Of a DNA stretch of 20,000 nucleotides, positions 1 through 7,719 are shown piece after piece. A model generated the notes under the pieces. The model was not told where the DNA came from and made no database searches. It worked only from the letters and a program-made list of their open reading frames with translations. The stretch comes from an uncultured virus (IMG/VR IMGVR_UViG_3300027406_000071) (lineage: Duplodnaviria > Heunggongvirae > Uroviricota > Caudoviricetes). The stretch lies in the IMG/VR virus record IMGVR_UViG_3300027406_000071. The stretch is one strand, 5' to 3'. Positions within the stretch are counted from its first letter, which is position 1. Each line of letters begins with the position of its first letter. Position numbers and translations under genes: made by a program.

Positions 1-64
1 GCACTAAAAGTGCAATTACTATCTTTGTACCATGATCTGCTAAAAATGTATTAAATTTGCTCAT
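1..64 (-). CDS. Partial ORF running off the window edge (MSKFNTFLADHGTKIVIALLV...), possibly membrane-anchored or secreted
   Basis: ATG at 64-62, 12 bp downstream of the M42 peptidase stop; frame open to the edge; hydrophobic stretch begins. Confidence 0.55.
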   Translation of the reverse strand, partial: MSKFNTFLADHGTKIVIALLV

Positions 65-76
65 AATGTGTGTATT

Positions 77-1159
77 TTAATTATCTATCTTATTATTTAT
101 CTTATTTATTTTTTCAGGTGTCAAGTTTTTAAGAAAATGAACGTATAATTCAATGCAATTCTTAACATCTTTCTTATGTGCCATTTCTACAGTTGAGTGC
201 ATATATTTAAGTGGCATACCTAAAATAGCAGTTGGTGTATTCTCTAAAAAGAATGCAACAGTATCATTTCCATAACTACCAACATGATGTTGAAGTGGAA
301 TATTATTGTTCTCTGCAACTTTCTTGATCATGTTTAAAATACCTCTATGATTTTGAGATGCATACTCTAATGATGGTCCTTTACCACCTTCAACTGGCCC
401 ATGTTTTGCATTATCCATTTTTGGTGTTGCTGTATTATGGCAAACATCTGTGACTAATGCTAAATCAGCTTGTAATTCTTTTGCAATTTTTTTAGCGCCA
501 AATAATCCAACTTCTTCTTGTACTGAATTAACTACATATAGATCAAATGGCAAATCTACACCTTCTTTGTGTATTTTTCTAAGAACCTCTGCTATAATAT
601 AACCTCCTATCTTATTATCTAATGCTCTACCTACATAATAATCACCCATTTCTTGTAATTGATCATCAAATGTAATTAAACATCCTACTTCAACACCAGC
701 TTCATTTACTTTTTCTAAACTATCTAATCCAGTGTCTACCCATAATTCATGATCAGCATAACCTAAATCTTTTCTTTTAACTCTCGTATGAATTGCTGGC
801 CAACCAAAAACACCTTTAACTTGTTCTCCATCATGTGTATGAATAGTTACTGCCTTAGAAGGTGCAATCATATTATCTGATCCTCCATGTTTTCTAACTC
901 TAATCATACCATCTTTTTCAATATTAGTAATAATCCATGCAATTTCATCACAGTGGGCTTCAATTACTACTTTTGGAAATTGAGTATTAAATTTGGTTTT
1001 AGATTTTCTAACTCCGTATGAAGTTCCATATGCATCTGTATACAAAAAATCAGAAAACGGTTTAATGTAATCAGTCCATATTTTTTGACCTTCAGTTTCC
1101 TGTGCTACTGGAGCATAAGCATTTAAGTAATCATATAAAAATTGTTTGTTCTTTTTCAT
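77..1159 (-). CDS. M42 family metallo-aminopeptidase (FrvX/TET-like)
   Basis: Metal-ligand motifs AHCDEI, ALDNKIG, VQEEVG, TDV and YMHS; 360 aa; typical M42 layout. Confidence 0.9.
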   Translation of the reverse strand: MKKNKQFLYDYLNAYAPVAQETEGQKIWTDYIKPFSDFLYTDAYGTSYGVRKSKTKFNTQFPKVVIEAHCDEIAWIITNIEKDGMIRVRKHGGSDNMIAPSKAVTIHTHDGEQVKGVFGWPAIHTRVKRKDLGYADHELWVDTGLDSLEKVNEAGVEVGCLITFDDQLQEMGDYYVGRALDNKIGGYIIAEVLRKIHKEGVDLPFDLYVVNSVQEEVGLFGAKKIAKELQADLALVTDVCHNTATPKMDNAKHGPVEGGKGPSLEYASQNHRGILNMIKKVAENNNIPLQHHVGSYGNDTVAFFLENTPTAILGMPLKYMHSTVEMAHKKDVKNCIELYVHFLKNLTPEKINKINNKIDN

Positions 1160-1923
1160 ATACCTTTTAATTCTTTAAATGTTTTTCTTCTTCTTATAAA
1201 TTGCTTAGAATAAAATTCTAAATCTGATTGTGTTAATGTGAAACATTGTGGTATGTTATCTTCTTCATTTGCAATCCATATTTCTCCACCATCTGCTTTA
1301 ATTCCTGTCATATCCCAATATGCAATAAAGTATGCACCACATTGTATGAAATAATCTTGAATCCAATCTTCTCTTTTTGGTCTTCTACTGTTTTTATAAT
1401 CAATAATAACAACTTTATCATCAACCATTTTAGAAATATTATCTACTGTTCCAGCCCATCCTCCACCTTTTACAGTCCATAAGAATGTTTCTGCTTCTAA
1501 TACTTTAACAACTCTATCAAAATAATCAGAACTATTAAAATAGAATTTATAAAAGAATTTCCATGCTTCTTCTAAATAAAGAGGTCCATTGTCTTCTTCG
1601 CTGAATTGGTTAACCTCCTCATCTTCTTTTGCTAAATCTTTAAGAATCTTTAGCCTTTCAGTGGCTGACCCAGAAGTGCTCTTATACAGTTCTATGAGTC
1701 TGTGCATAATAGTTCCCCTGTTCATTGAAAGTTCAGATATACGTTTAGCTTCGGCTTCACCTACTCTTTTTTTCCATTTCTCTAAACCTGACATATCTTT
1801 GGTATTACCCAAGATAGTAGTAACTGAAGGCAACTTAGCTATTACTTTGTCACCTTCAGTTACTTGATAAAACCTAAGTCCATCTTCATGAACTCTGTTT
1901 ATTGATACTTCTTCTGTTTTCAA
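1156..1923 (-). CDS. PD-(D/E)XK exonuclease (phage exonuclease, Cas4/RecB-like)
   Basis: LPSVTTIL, RGTIMH, AGTVD, IIDYKNS and Q-x-x-AY motifs; TTG start. Confidence 0.85.
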   Translation of the reverse strand: MKTEEVSINRVHEDGLRFYQVTEGDKVIAKLPSVTTILGNTKDMSGLEKWKKRVGEAEAKRISELSMNRGTIMHRLIELYKSTSGSATERLKILKDLAKEDEEVNQFSEEDNGPLYLEEAWKFFYKFYFNSSDYFDRVVKVLEAETFLWTVKGGGWAGTVDNISKMVDDKVVIIDYKNSRRPKREDWIQDYFIQCGAYFIAYWDMTGIKADGGEIWIANEEDNIPQCFTLTQSDLEFYSKQFIRRRKTFKELKGI

Positions 1924-1926
1924 ATT

Positions 1927-2412
1927 CTATTGTGTTAAGAATATAGTAAACTTATCCCATAATGCATTCCATATGTGTGCATTATTGATGATAAATTTAG
2001 TTATAATAAAAATGATAAAACCTACAAATGTAGATCTAATAATATTACCAATAATAGGCAGCAGAGACAAATCATCAAATACTGGCCATAAAATTATTAA
2101 ATAAGAAACAGGCGATACCTTTTGTATTTGAGGATAAACCATATCTGCCAAACCTATTTGTAACATGTAGTTTCCAAAACCTGAAATCTTATTAAGAACA
2201 AATGCCTGTTGAATTTCACCAGATGCAGTTTGAACCTCTTCTGGTAAATTAACTACACCATAAATTCTACCCAACCAATCAACTCTTAATTGAAAGTCTT
2301 GATTTAATTGATCTTGATTTTGTTTTGCAGTTTTACGAAAAATCCACCAAACTCTAATATCTCTAGCTAATTCTACCCAATATACAAAAGTGTTTTTGAT
2401 CCAGTTCCACAT
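1927..2412 (-). CDS. Hypothetical membrane protein
   Basis: 161-aa ORF with hydrophobic C-terminal segments, tightly packed in the operon. Confidence 0.7.
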   Translation of the reverse strand: MWNWIKNTFVYWVELARDIRVWWIFRKTAKQNQDQLNQDFQLRVDWLGRIYGVVNLPEEVQTASGEIQQAFVLNKISGFGNYMLQIGLADMVYPQIQKVSPVSYLIILWPVFDDLSLLPIIGNIIRSTFVGFIIFIITKFIINNAHIWNALWDKFTIFLTQ

Positions 2413-2413
2413 A

Positions 2414-2698
2414 TTAATTTATTTTTGTTAATTCTTTTATAGTTGCTAACGGAACATTACCTGTTTGTCTTTCTACAATTTCGCCGTCTTCAAAATACAA
2501 TAATGTAGGTATCGATCTAATGCCATATTCTGCAGCAATGTCTGATTCTTCATCTACGTTAATTTTTAGTACTTTAACTTCACTAACTTCTTCTGAGTAT
2601 TTGTCTAATGTTTTAATAAGCATTTTACATGGTCCACACCATGCAGCCCAAAAATCTACTAATACTCTTCCTGTTTTAATTTCTTCTTTAAAATCCAT
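2414..2698 (-). CDS. trxA: Thioredoxin
   Basis: VDFWAAWCGPC active site and cis-Pro motif RSIPT. Confidence 0.95.
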   Translation of the reverse strand: MDFKEEIKTGRVLVDFWAAWCGPCKMLIKTLDKYSEEVSEVKVLKINVDEESDIAAEYGIRSIPTLLYFEDGEIVERQTGNVPLATIKELTKIN

Positions 2699-2707
2699 AT
2701 TTTAATT

Positions 2708-2923
2708 TTAATATATTTCCCATTCAGTTAATAATTCATTATCTGTAAGTCTAATATAAGTATCAAGTGACATGTGAATTGCTACTTGACCCTCTAATGT
2801 AAGAACTTTGGTGAATTCTACAGAATCTTCAAATCTTTCATCTGCATCTCCATTATAAAGTTCATCACTAATTTTAATTAGATTTTCAATTGATTCCTCT
2901 TGAATCCAAACTTCTATAGTCAT
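2708..2923 (-). CDS. Hypothetical acidic protein
   Basis: 71-aa ORF downstream of a class II promoter motif. Confidence 0.7.
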   Translation of the reverse strand: MTIEVWIQEESIENLIKISDELYNGDADERFEDSVEFTKVLTLEGQVAIHMSLDTYIRLTDNELLTEWEIY

Positions 2924-2938
2924 AATTATTGTTTAAGT

Positions 2939-2968
2939 ATTATATACTCTTATTTGATATTGTTTCAA
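2939..2968 (-). promoter_or_regulatory. Class II promoter-like motif TTGAAA-N18-TATAAT
   Basis: One of four copies of (T/G)TGAAACAA with TA(T/A)AA at identical 18-nt hexamer spacing, each just upstream of a gene start. Confidence 0.65.
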
Positions 2969-3572
2969 TTTGATGTTTCTTCAAATCTTTAAGAACATCT
3001 TTTTTAACTATTTCTAAATACTTTGCTCGTTTTTTATCACTTGCAAATGGTACTGACCAAAATTGTTTTGTCTTTAACCATCTTGAAATATTCCATCCAA
3101 ACACAAATGTAAATACACCCATCACTAAACGTAATTTAACCGAATTCAAATAAAGTGTTTTTACTGGCAATGAAGGTGCTCCATGTGTGATGTATGTTCT
3201 TACCTTTTTATCACTCAAAAATGGTTTTGGATATGCGTATGGTCCAATCACTGGGACAAACTTGTATGCAAAACCTGGAGTAAATACTTCGTCAAAGAAT
3301 ATCTCTGTTCTTGGTGTTAATCTAAACCACCAAACTGGAGATACGAAATAGATTCTGTCTGCCCAAGTTACTAACTCTTGATATTTTTTAATAAGATCTG
3401 TTCTTGGTCTAGAGAAATCATCTCTATATAAATCAATAACTTCTACCTCATTTAGGTAATCACTATCTAATAGAGTTTTCTGAATTGTCTTAAAAATACC
3501 ATTGTAACAGAAAGATTCCTGATCTGGATGACCTACTACAATCAAGTTCTGCATTCTTTCTAGCTTTTTCAT
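2940..3572 (-). CDS. NAD(P)H-dependent (quinone) oxidoreductase, flavodoxin-like fold
   Basis: VGHPDQESF, WADRIYFVSPVWWF and FFDEVFTPGFAY motifs of the Flavodoxin_2 family. Confidence 0.88.
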   Translation of the reverse strand: MKKLERMQNLIVVGHPDQESFCYNGIFKTIQKTLLDSDYLNEVEVIDLYRDDFSRPRTDLIKKYQELVTWADRIYFVSPVWWFRLTPRTEIFFDEVFTPGFAYKFVPVIGPYAYPKPFLSDKKVRTYITHGAPSLPVKTLYLNSVKLRLVMGVFTFVFGWNISRWLKTKQFWSVPFASDKKRAKYLEIVKKDVLKDLKKHQIETISNKSI

Positions 3573-3748
3573 AAAAATTGTTTAAATTGTGTTTCTTCTT
3601 TTTTTCTAGATTCTTCTAGTTTTTTTACATGATATTCTCTGGCATATTGTTCCATGATCTTGCTCATTGTTGTGTAATGAGAAAATGCATCACTATCTAT
3701 ATTTTTATTTGGCCATTCATTTTTATCTAACCATTCTTTTGCTGTCAT
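3569..3748 (-). CDS. Hypothetical 59-aa protein (MTAKEWLDKNEWP...)
   Basis: Hand-translated; fills the gap exactly, with ATGA overlaps at both ends. Confidence 0.75.
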   Translation of the reverse strand: MTAKEWLDKNEWPNKNIDSDAFSHYTTMSKIMEQYAREYHVKKLEESRKKEETQFKQFL

Positions 3749-4074
3749 TTTCTTTTCTTTTGAAATAATGGTATAGTCAATGTAACTGTGGCTCCTCCCA
3801 TCATAGTAGCTAACACATCTCTGCGCTCTACCGTACCACCAGTTCTACTATCATACAATTCTTTTAATATACCTGCTGAAATTGATGCTAACATTCCCGT
3901 TATTTGAGCTCTTGTTTTATTATTATGTTTTTTATATGACCAATAATAACCTACTGTGCTAGCTGCTGCGCCTGCTATAAAATGTATTTGTTTGTCTTTC
4001 TCTTGTAAAATAAAATTCTGCCCAACCATGTTTGTTGTTAACATAAATAGAATTATTAAAAAGAAATGTCTCAT
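3745..4074 (-). CDS. Membrane protein, YfiM-like
   Basis: Signal-like N-terminus; DKQIHF, KELYD and DVLAT motifs with hydrophobic helices. Confidence 0.65.
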   Translation of the reverse strand: MRHFFLIILFMLTTNMVGQNFILQEKDKQIHFIAGAAASTVGYYWSYKKHNNKTRAQITGMLASISAGILKELYDSRTGGTVERRDVLATMMGGATVTLTIPLFQKKRK

Positions 4075-4310
4075 CGGTTTGCTCTTTGGTTTTTTGATTT
4101 AAATCTGATACCATCATTATTTTTGGCATGCTTTGTCTTTCTGCCTTTAACTCGCTCTCTCCACATTTTAAATGAGGATTCTTTCATGTGCTTCCTCATT
4201 AACTTCCTAACATCATTCTCTTTAAGTCCGAATTGGAATTCAATGGCCTCAAATGGAGTTCTATCCTCCCAAGCCATTTCTATAATTCTATCAATTTGTT
4301 CTTCTGTCAT
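4071..4310 (-). CDS. TIGR03643 / DUF2805 family protein
   Basis: Recognisable IEMAWEDRTPFEAIEFQFGLKE...SSFKMWRERV signature. Confidence 0.88.
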   Translation of the reverse strand: MTEEQIDRIIEMAWEDRTPFEAIEFQFGLKENDVRKLMRKHMKESSFKMWRERVKGRKTKHAKNNDGIRFKSKNQRANR

Positions 4311-4390
4311 TTTGATCCTAGTATCATTAGAGTAAAAAACCCAATCACTGTAAGAATATTAATTATTGTATAAATTCTTTCTTCTTTCAT
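4307..4390 (-). CDS. 27-aa single-helix microprotein (MKEERIYTIINILTVIGFFTLMILGSK)
   Basis: Hand-translated; ATGA overlaps with both neighbours. Confidence 0.6.
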   Translation of the reverse strand: MKEERIYTIINILTVIGFFTLMILGSK

Positions 4391-4641
4391 TTCTCTGTAT
4401 AATTGTTCGTTAGTAACGTCAATAGAATATTCACCTCTGTAGGATTAGTAAATCTAATCTCCGGAGTTTCAAATGCCTCAACATACCATCCATCTTCTTC
4501 AACCTCATCACTTGCTGGTGAGATTAAGCTGAAGTTACCTACGTCGTATGTGTAGTAGTGGAAGTCATTTGGTGCTCCACTATTCTCAGCTGTCTCGTCA
4601 TTGCGAGTGAAGTCTAATTCTATTAGTTGCTTTTCTGTCAT
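4387..4641 (-). CDS. Hypothetical protein, cassette D of the repeat-delimited array
   Basis: Start codon lies inside junction repeat copy 1. Confidence 0.8.
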   Translation of the reverse strand: MTEKQLIELDFTRNDETAENSGAPNDFHYYTYDVGNFSLISPASDEVEEDGWYVEAFETPEIRFTNPTEVNILLTLLTNNYTEK

Positions 4642-4653
4642 CTCTCTTTGGTG

Positions 4654-4812
4654 TTAAAGACAATGGTCATTTAATGGTATATCATTCTCATTCTTATACC
4701 CAAGTCCAAGTGTAATATCCTCTTTAGTGGTAAGCGTTGTACCATCTTTATAAGTGATAGTTACTACTCCTTCTTTGACTTCAATCATTTGAACATTGTC
4801 TAATGGTTTCAT
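4654..4812 (-). CDS. Hypothetical 52-aa protein, cassette C (MKPLDNVQMIEVKEG...DHCL)
   Basis: Hand-translated; ATG in repeat copy 2, stop TAA inside the core of repeat copy 1. Confidence 0.75.
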   Translation of the reverse strand: MKPLDNVQMIEVKEGVVTITYKDGTTLTTKEDITLGLGYKNENDIPLNDHCL

Positions 4813-5093
4813 CTCTCTTTGGTGTTAAAGGTTTCTAATATATGTAGAGCAAAGTCTGCCATCATATCATAGTGATAATGAGCATAGGTTTGTCCTTCAC
4901 TACGATTAGACTGAACAAAGTCATCAGTCATAGATAGAATCTTGTCGTGTGTATCAGTACCATATTCTGCTAATACTTTATCCCACTCCTTTTTTAGCAC
5001 CTCTTTAGGTGTTGTCTTAACGATGTGTTCCATCTCTTCACCAAAGTTGTCAAAATCTGCTTCTGGATTGTAATTTGGATTTACTTCACTCAT
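4809..5093 (-). CDS. Hypothetical protein, cassette B, ending ETFNTKER
   Basis: ATG in repeat copy 3; C-terminus and TGA encoded by repeat copy 2. Confidence 0.8.
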   Translation of the reverse strand: MSEVNPNYNPEADFDNFGEEMEHIVKTTPKEVLKKEWDKVLAEYGTDTHDKILSMTDDFVQSNRSEGQTYAHYHYDMMADFALHILETFNTKER

Positions 5094-5239
5094 CTCTCTT
5101 TGGTGTTAAAGGTTTCTTCCTTGTAGTTCTTAATACATTCCTCCTCCATTAGGTCAACCCATTTTGAGTACGAGATTTCTTCTCTATTAAGTTGCCATTC
5201 CAACTCTCTTACAAATCCTTGCTTTAAGTATTTACCCAT
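5090..5239 (-). CDS. Hypothetical 49-aa protein, cassette A (MGKYLKQGF...ETFNTKER)
   Basis: Hand-translated; ATG in the arm of repeat copy 4; C-terminus encoded by repeat copy 3. Confidence 0.78.
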   Translation of the reverse strand: MGKYLKQGFVRELEWQLNREEISYSKWVDLMEEECIKNYKEETFNTKER

Positions 5240-5250
5240 TGTCTTTGGTG

Positions 5251-5496
5251 TTAAACATACATTGGAAAATCTACACCATGTCGGTGTACAAATGAGTTGT
5301 GTACCTCTTCATCTAATTCAATTCTTACATCAACATCACTGTCCTTAAACATTCCAGTTAAAGCAGTAATATCAAAGTCAGTATATTCTTGATCTTCAGT
5401 TTTATCTTCTAGCGTTCTTAATGCAGTTTGATAAACTTGTAATGCTTTTACAATAATATCCCTTTGTGGCTGTGGTAATTTAACTGTGTTTCTCAT
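5251..5496 (-). CDS. Hypothetical protein (MRNTVKLPQPQRD...), 81 aa
   Basis: Start moved from 5631 to 5496 to avoid overlap; stop TAA lies in repeat copy 4. Confidence 0.7.
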   Translation of the reverse strand: MRNTVKLPQPQRDIIVKALQVYQTALRTLEDKTEDQEYTDFDITALTGMFKDSDVDVRIELDEEVHNSFVHRHGVDFPMYV

Positions 5497-5497
5497 T

Positions 5498-5773
5498 CTA
5501 ATCAACTTTTTCTTTTTTACGGCCTTTCCAATCTCTATCCATTCTATTCTTTCTAGCATTTTTAAGAGCTTCGCGTTCTTTATTAACTGGAAATCTACTA
5601 AAGTTTCCCATACCATCCATATCCACATCATCGCTCATCGATCCATGTCTATCATAATAGTTTGGATAGTTTTCTTCTCTTTGTTTTTTAGCACCATAGA
5701 AGATGTTCCATATTGTAAAATAGATGTAAACTGAAAATATCAGTCCACCCATAATAAAAAATCCTAGATTCAT
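5498..5773 (-). CDS. Hypothetical protein with N-terminal transmembrane helix (MNLGFFIMGG...)
   Basis: Start moved to the ATGA overlap at 5773. Confidence 0.7.
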   Translation of the reverse strand: MNLGFFIMGGLIFSVYIYFTIWNIFYGAKKQREENYPNYYDRHGSMSDDVDMDGMGNFSRFPVNKEREALKNARKNRMDRDWKGRKKEKVD

Positions 5774-5958
5774 GAGTTTCTTCTTTGTCTGATCGCTATC
5801 GCAAAAAGGAGGATAGTTCCTGGCCAGTGTGCCGAATACTGAGCTTCTTCTGTGTAACCTAATACTCCATAAGTTACGGAATATAGAAGGCATGCAAATG
5901 CTAAAATTACTGGGTACCAGTTATTAAAGAATTTTTTGAATTTGTTAATCTTGTTCAT
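5770..5958 (-). CDS. Small two-helix membrane protein (MNKINKFKKFF...)
   Basis: Start moved to 5958; two hydrophobic segments. Confidence 0.65.
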   Translation of the reverse strand: MNKINKFKKFFNNWYPVILAFACLLYSVTYGVLGYTEEAQYSAHWPGTILLFAIAIRQRRNS

Positions 5959-5974
5959 AATATTTAATTTATAG

Positions 5975-6826
5975 TTATTCATATGCTTTAGGGTTAGGTA
6001 ATCCACTGTAATAATCCCAATCTTTTAAATCATCTCTGTGGATAGGTACATTCCATTTAGGATCATACCAAAATCTACGGTTCTTAGAATCTATACGAGT
6101 ATCCATCATTTTGTTTCCATAACACAACATAAATTTTTCTTGAATTGCGTTTTCGCCAAATGGATTATCCCAATCTTTGATGCTTCCACCGCCCTTTGCG
6201 TATGCCAACATTGGAATATCTGTACATAATTCTAGTATTTTTGGGTACTTTGCAATTTGTTGTGCTGCCGGAAGAAATGGATCAACATCACCTGCTCTAA
6301 AAATAATTTCAGCTCTTAGATAATTACCAATACCATTAAACCATTTTTGATCCATAAGAACCTCATATAATGGTTTACGAAATGTTTTTTTAGTTAGATT
6401 TGTCATGATATTCAAAAAGAATTCACGTGGTTCTGTTGTTGGATCTGGACCTCTTCCTTCATTCCAACTCAAACCTTGTGTCCATTTACCAAAACGTCTA
6501 ACATCTACAAATGACAATGTTGTTCCATCTTTTCTATAAAATTTAAGATGTGCGTGTTTGTCTTCTTGTCCAGTGTTAGTAGTTCTAAAATGACCACTCA
6601 TACCCATAGTAATACGTATAGGAATAGTTGCTTCACTATCATCATCTTTGATAGTTAATATGATCTCTTTACCTTTACTTTCTGAAGTTAGTGTAAAATA
6701 TTTAAATGGGATATCTAATTCTGCCCCTTTGTGTTGAGGATTCTTTTTTACATTTGTGTAAATCATTCCACTTGATGCTTGATTTACATAGTCTGATGTT
6801 AATTTAAGTTCGGCTAGTTCTGGCAT
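5975..6826 (-). CDS. Fpg/Nei family DNA glycosylase/AP lyase, NEIL1-like
   Basis: N-terminal catalytic MPE; GMSG; FVDVRRFG; H2TH motif LMDQKWFNGIGNYLRAEI; no C-terminal four-Cys zinc finger. Confidence 0.92.
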   Translation of the reverse strand: MPELAELKLTSDYVNQASSGMIYTNVKKNPQHKGAELDIPFKYFTLTSESKGKEIILTIKDDDSEATIPIRITMGMSGHFRTTNTGQEDKHAHLKFYRKDGTTLSFVDVRRFGKWTQGLSWNEGRGPDPTTEPREFFLNIMTNLTKKTFRKPLYEVLMDQKWFNGIGNYLRAEIIFRAGDVDPFLPAAQQIAKYPKILELCTDIPMLAYAKGGGSIKDWDNPFGENAIQEKFMLCYGNKMMDTRIDSKNRRFWYDPKWNVPIHRDDLKDWDYYSGLPNPKAYE

Positions 6827-6828
6827 AA

Positions 6829-7053
6829 TTAAAATGGTAAGTCTTGGTTCAACAATTTTTCTGTCTTGATTGCATCAATATCAACTTCCTTTACGTTTAA
6901 TGATGCGAACGGTGTAATATGCAATTTATGTACATCCCACTGTTGATTTGGGTGCAACGCATTCTGGTTTTTGGCGATCAGTTCTGCTTTAGAAAAAGCA
7001 TGTTTATCATTGTCACCTTCAATGTAAACTTCATAAGTTACTGTATATCTCAT
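6829..7053 (-). CDS. Hypothetical protein
   Basis: 74-aa ORF directly downstream of a class I promoter motif. Confidence 0.75.
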   Translation of the reverse strand: MRYTVTYEVYIEGDNDKHAFSKAELIAKNQNALHPNQQWDVHKLHITPFASLNVKEVDIDAIKTEKLLNQDLPF

Positions 7054-7070
7054 AGTTCTGCTTTAATATT

Positions 7071-7124
7071 ATACTACTAATATACAAAAAGTTTATGACA
7101 TAAAAAAATCTGGGTGAATTATTT
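7071..7124 (-). promoter_or_regulatory. Class I promoter-like repeat GATTTTTTTATGTCA-N10-GTATATTAGT
   Basis: Same two boxes with a fixed 10-nt spacer at 11821, 12258 and 19923; always intergenic and upstream of a minus-strand gene. Confidence 0.8.
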
Positions 7125-7129
7125 TACTA

Positions 7130-7702
7130 CTAATGGTGAATTAATATATGATCATCGAAATATTGATCAAACATTTTGTTCCATTCTTTAGTTTCCATTA
7201 ATGTAATATGTAGATTTTTACCATCTGGAAATGCATTACTTGATAATCCCTTTGGAATGGTGAATATAACTACACCGTCATCTGCTAAATAAGATTTCAT
7301 TTCAGATAATAATTCCGGTAACTCTTCTAATGGCACATGTTCTAAAACTTCTGTACACATTATAATATCGAATGTTCCTGTTGGTTTTTTACAATATTCT
7401 GGGTGGGCAGGATCATATCTATAAAATCCTCTTAATCTTGAACCAAAGTGTTCACTAGCAGTTTTACGTTCTTTAACTCCTGGAATTGGCACTTTTTTTG
7501 TCCAATGTACTCCAGTTCCAGATCCAAAATCTAAGATAGTACCGCTACCTCTTTTATCTAATTCATATTCTAATTCGCCATATATCTTTTGAATTCCGCC
7601 CCCATCAAAAACTGTTTTTTCTTTTAACGTGACCATTTTACCATTTCTTAAAAATGGTTTACCTTCAAAAATGTCTTTGTAATATTTTAGATATTTACTC
7701 AT
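7130..7702 (-). CDS. Class I SAM-dependent methyltransferase
   Basis: Motif I ILDFGSGTG and FDIIMCTEVLEHVP. Confidence 0.88.
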   Translation of the reverse strand: MSKYLKYYKDIFEGKPFLRNGKMVTLKEKTVFDGGGIQKIYGELEYELDKRGSGTILDFGSGTGVHWTKKVPIPGVKERKTASEHFGSRLRGFYRYDPAHPEYCKKPTGTFDIIMCTEVLEHVPLEELPELLSEMKSYLADDGVVIFTIPKGLSSNAFPDGKNLHITLMETKEWNKMFDQYFDDHILIHH

Positions 7703-7719
7703 TGTTTAAAGTTAAAAAA

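Larger units (their letters stand above)
4638..5255 (-). repeat. Four direct junction repeats with core TCTTTGGTGTTAAA (+ strand) at 4638-4659, 4809-4836, 5090-5117 and 5242-5255
   Basis: Copies 2 and 3 are identical over 28 bp (TCATCTCTCTTTGGTGTTAAAGGTTTCT). Copy 1 shares 22 bp and copy 4 shares 14 bp. Each copy sits exactly at an ORF-ORF boundary. Confidence 0.95.

Noticed and set aside
4638..5255. CRISPR array reading of the 28-bp repeats
   Set aside because: Intervals are 145-281 bp, unequal, and each holds a full ORF; no cas genes are nearby. The Cas4-like nuclease at 1156 is a common standalone phage exonuclease type.
4638..5255. Canonical integron attC sites (GTTAAAG/GTTAAAC resembles GTTRRRY)
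   Set aside because: There is only one core box per junction, with no long R''-L''-L'-R' palindrome and no integrase in the window, so it is kept only as integron-like.
5251..6006. Long overlaps among ORFs 5251..5631, 5498..5893 and 5770..6006
   Set aside because: These are artefacts of longest-ORF start choice; internal ATGs at 5496, 5773 and 5958 give clean abutting genes.
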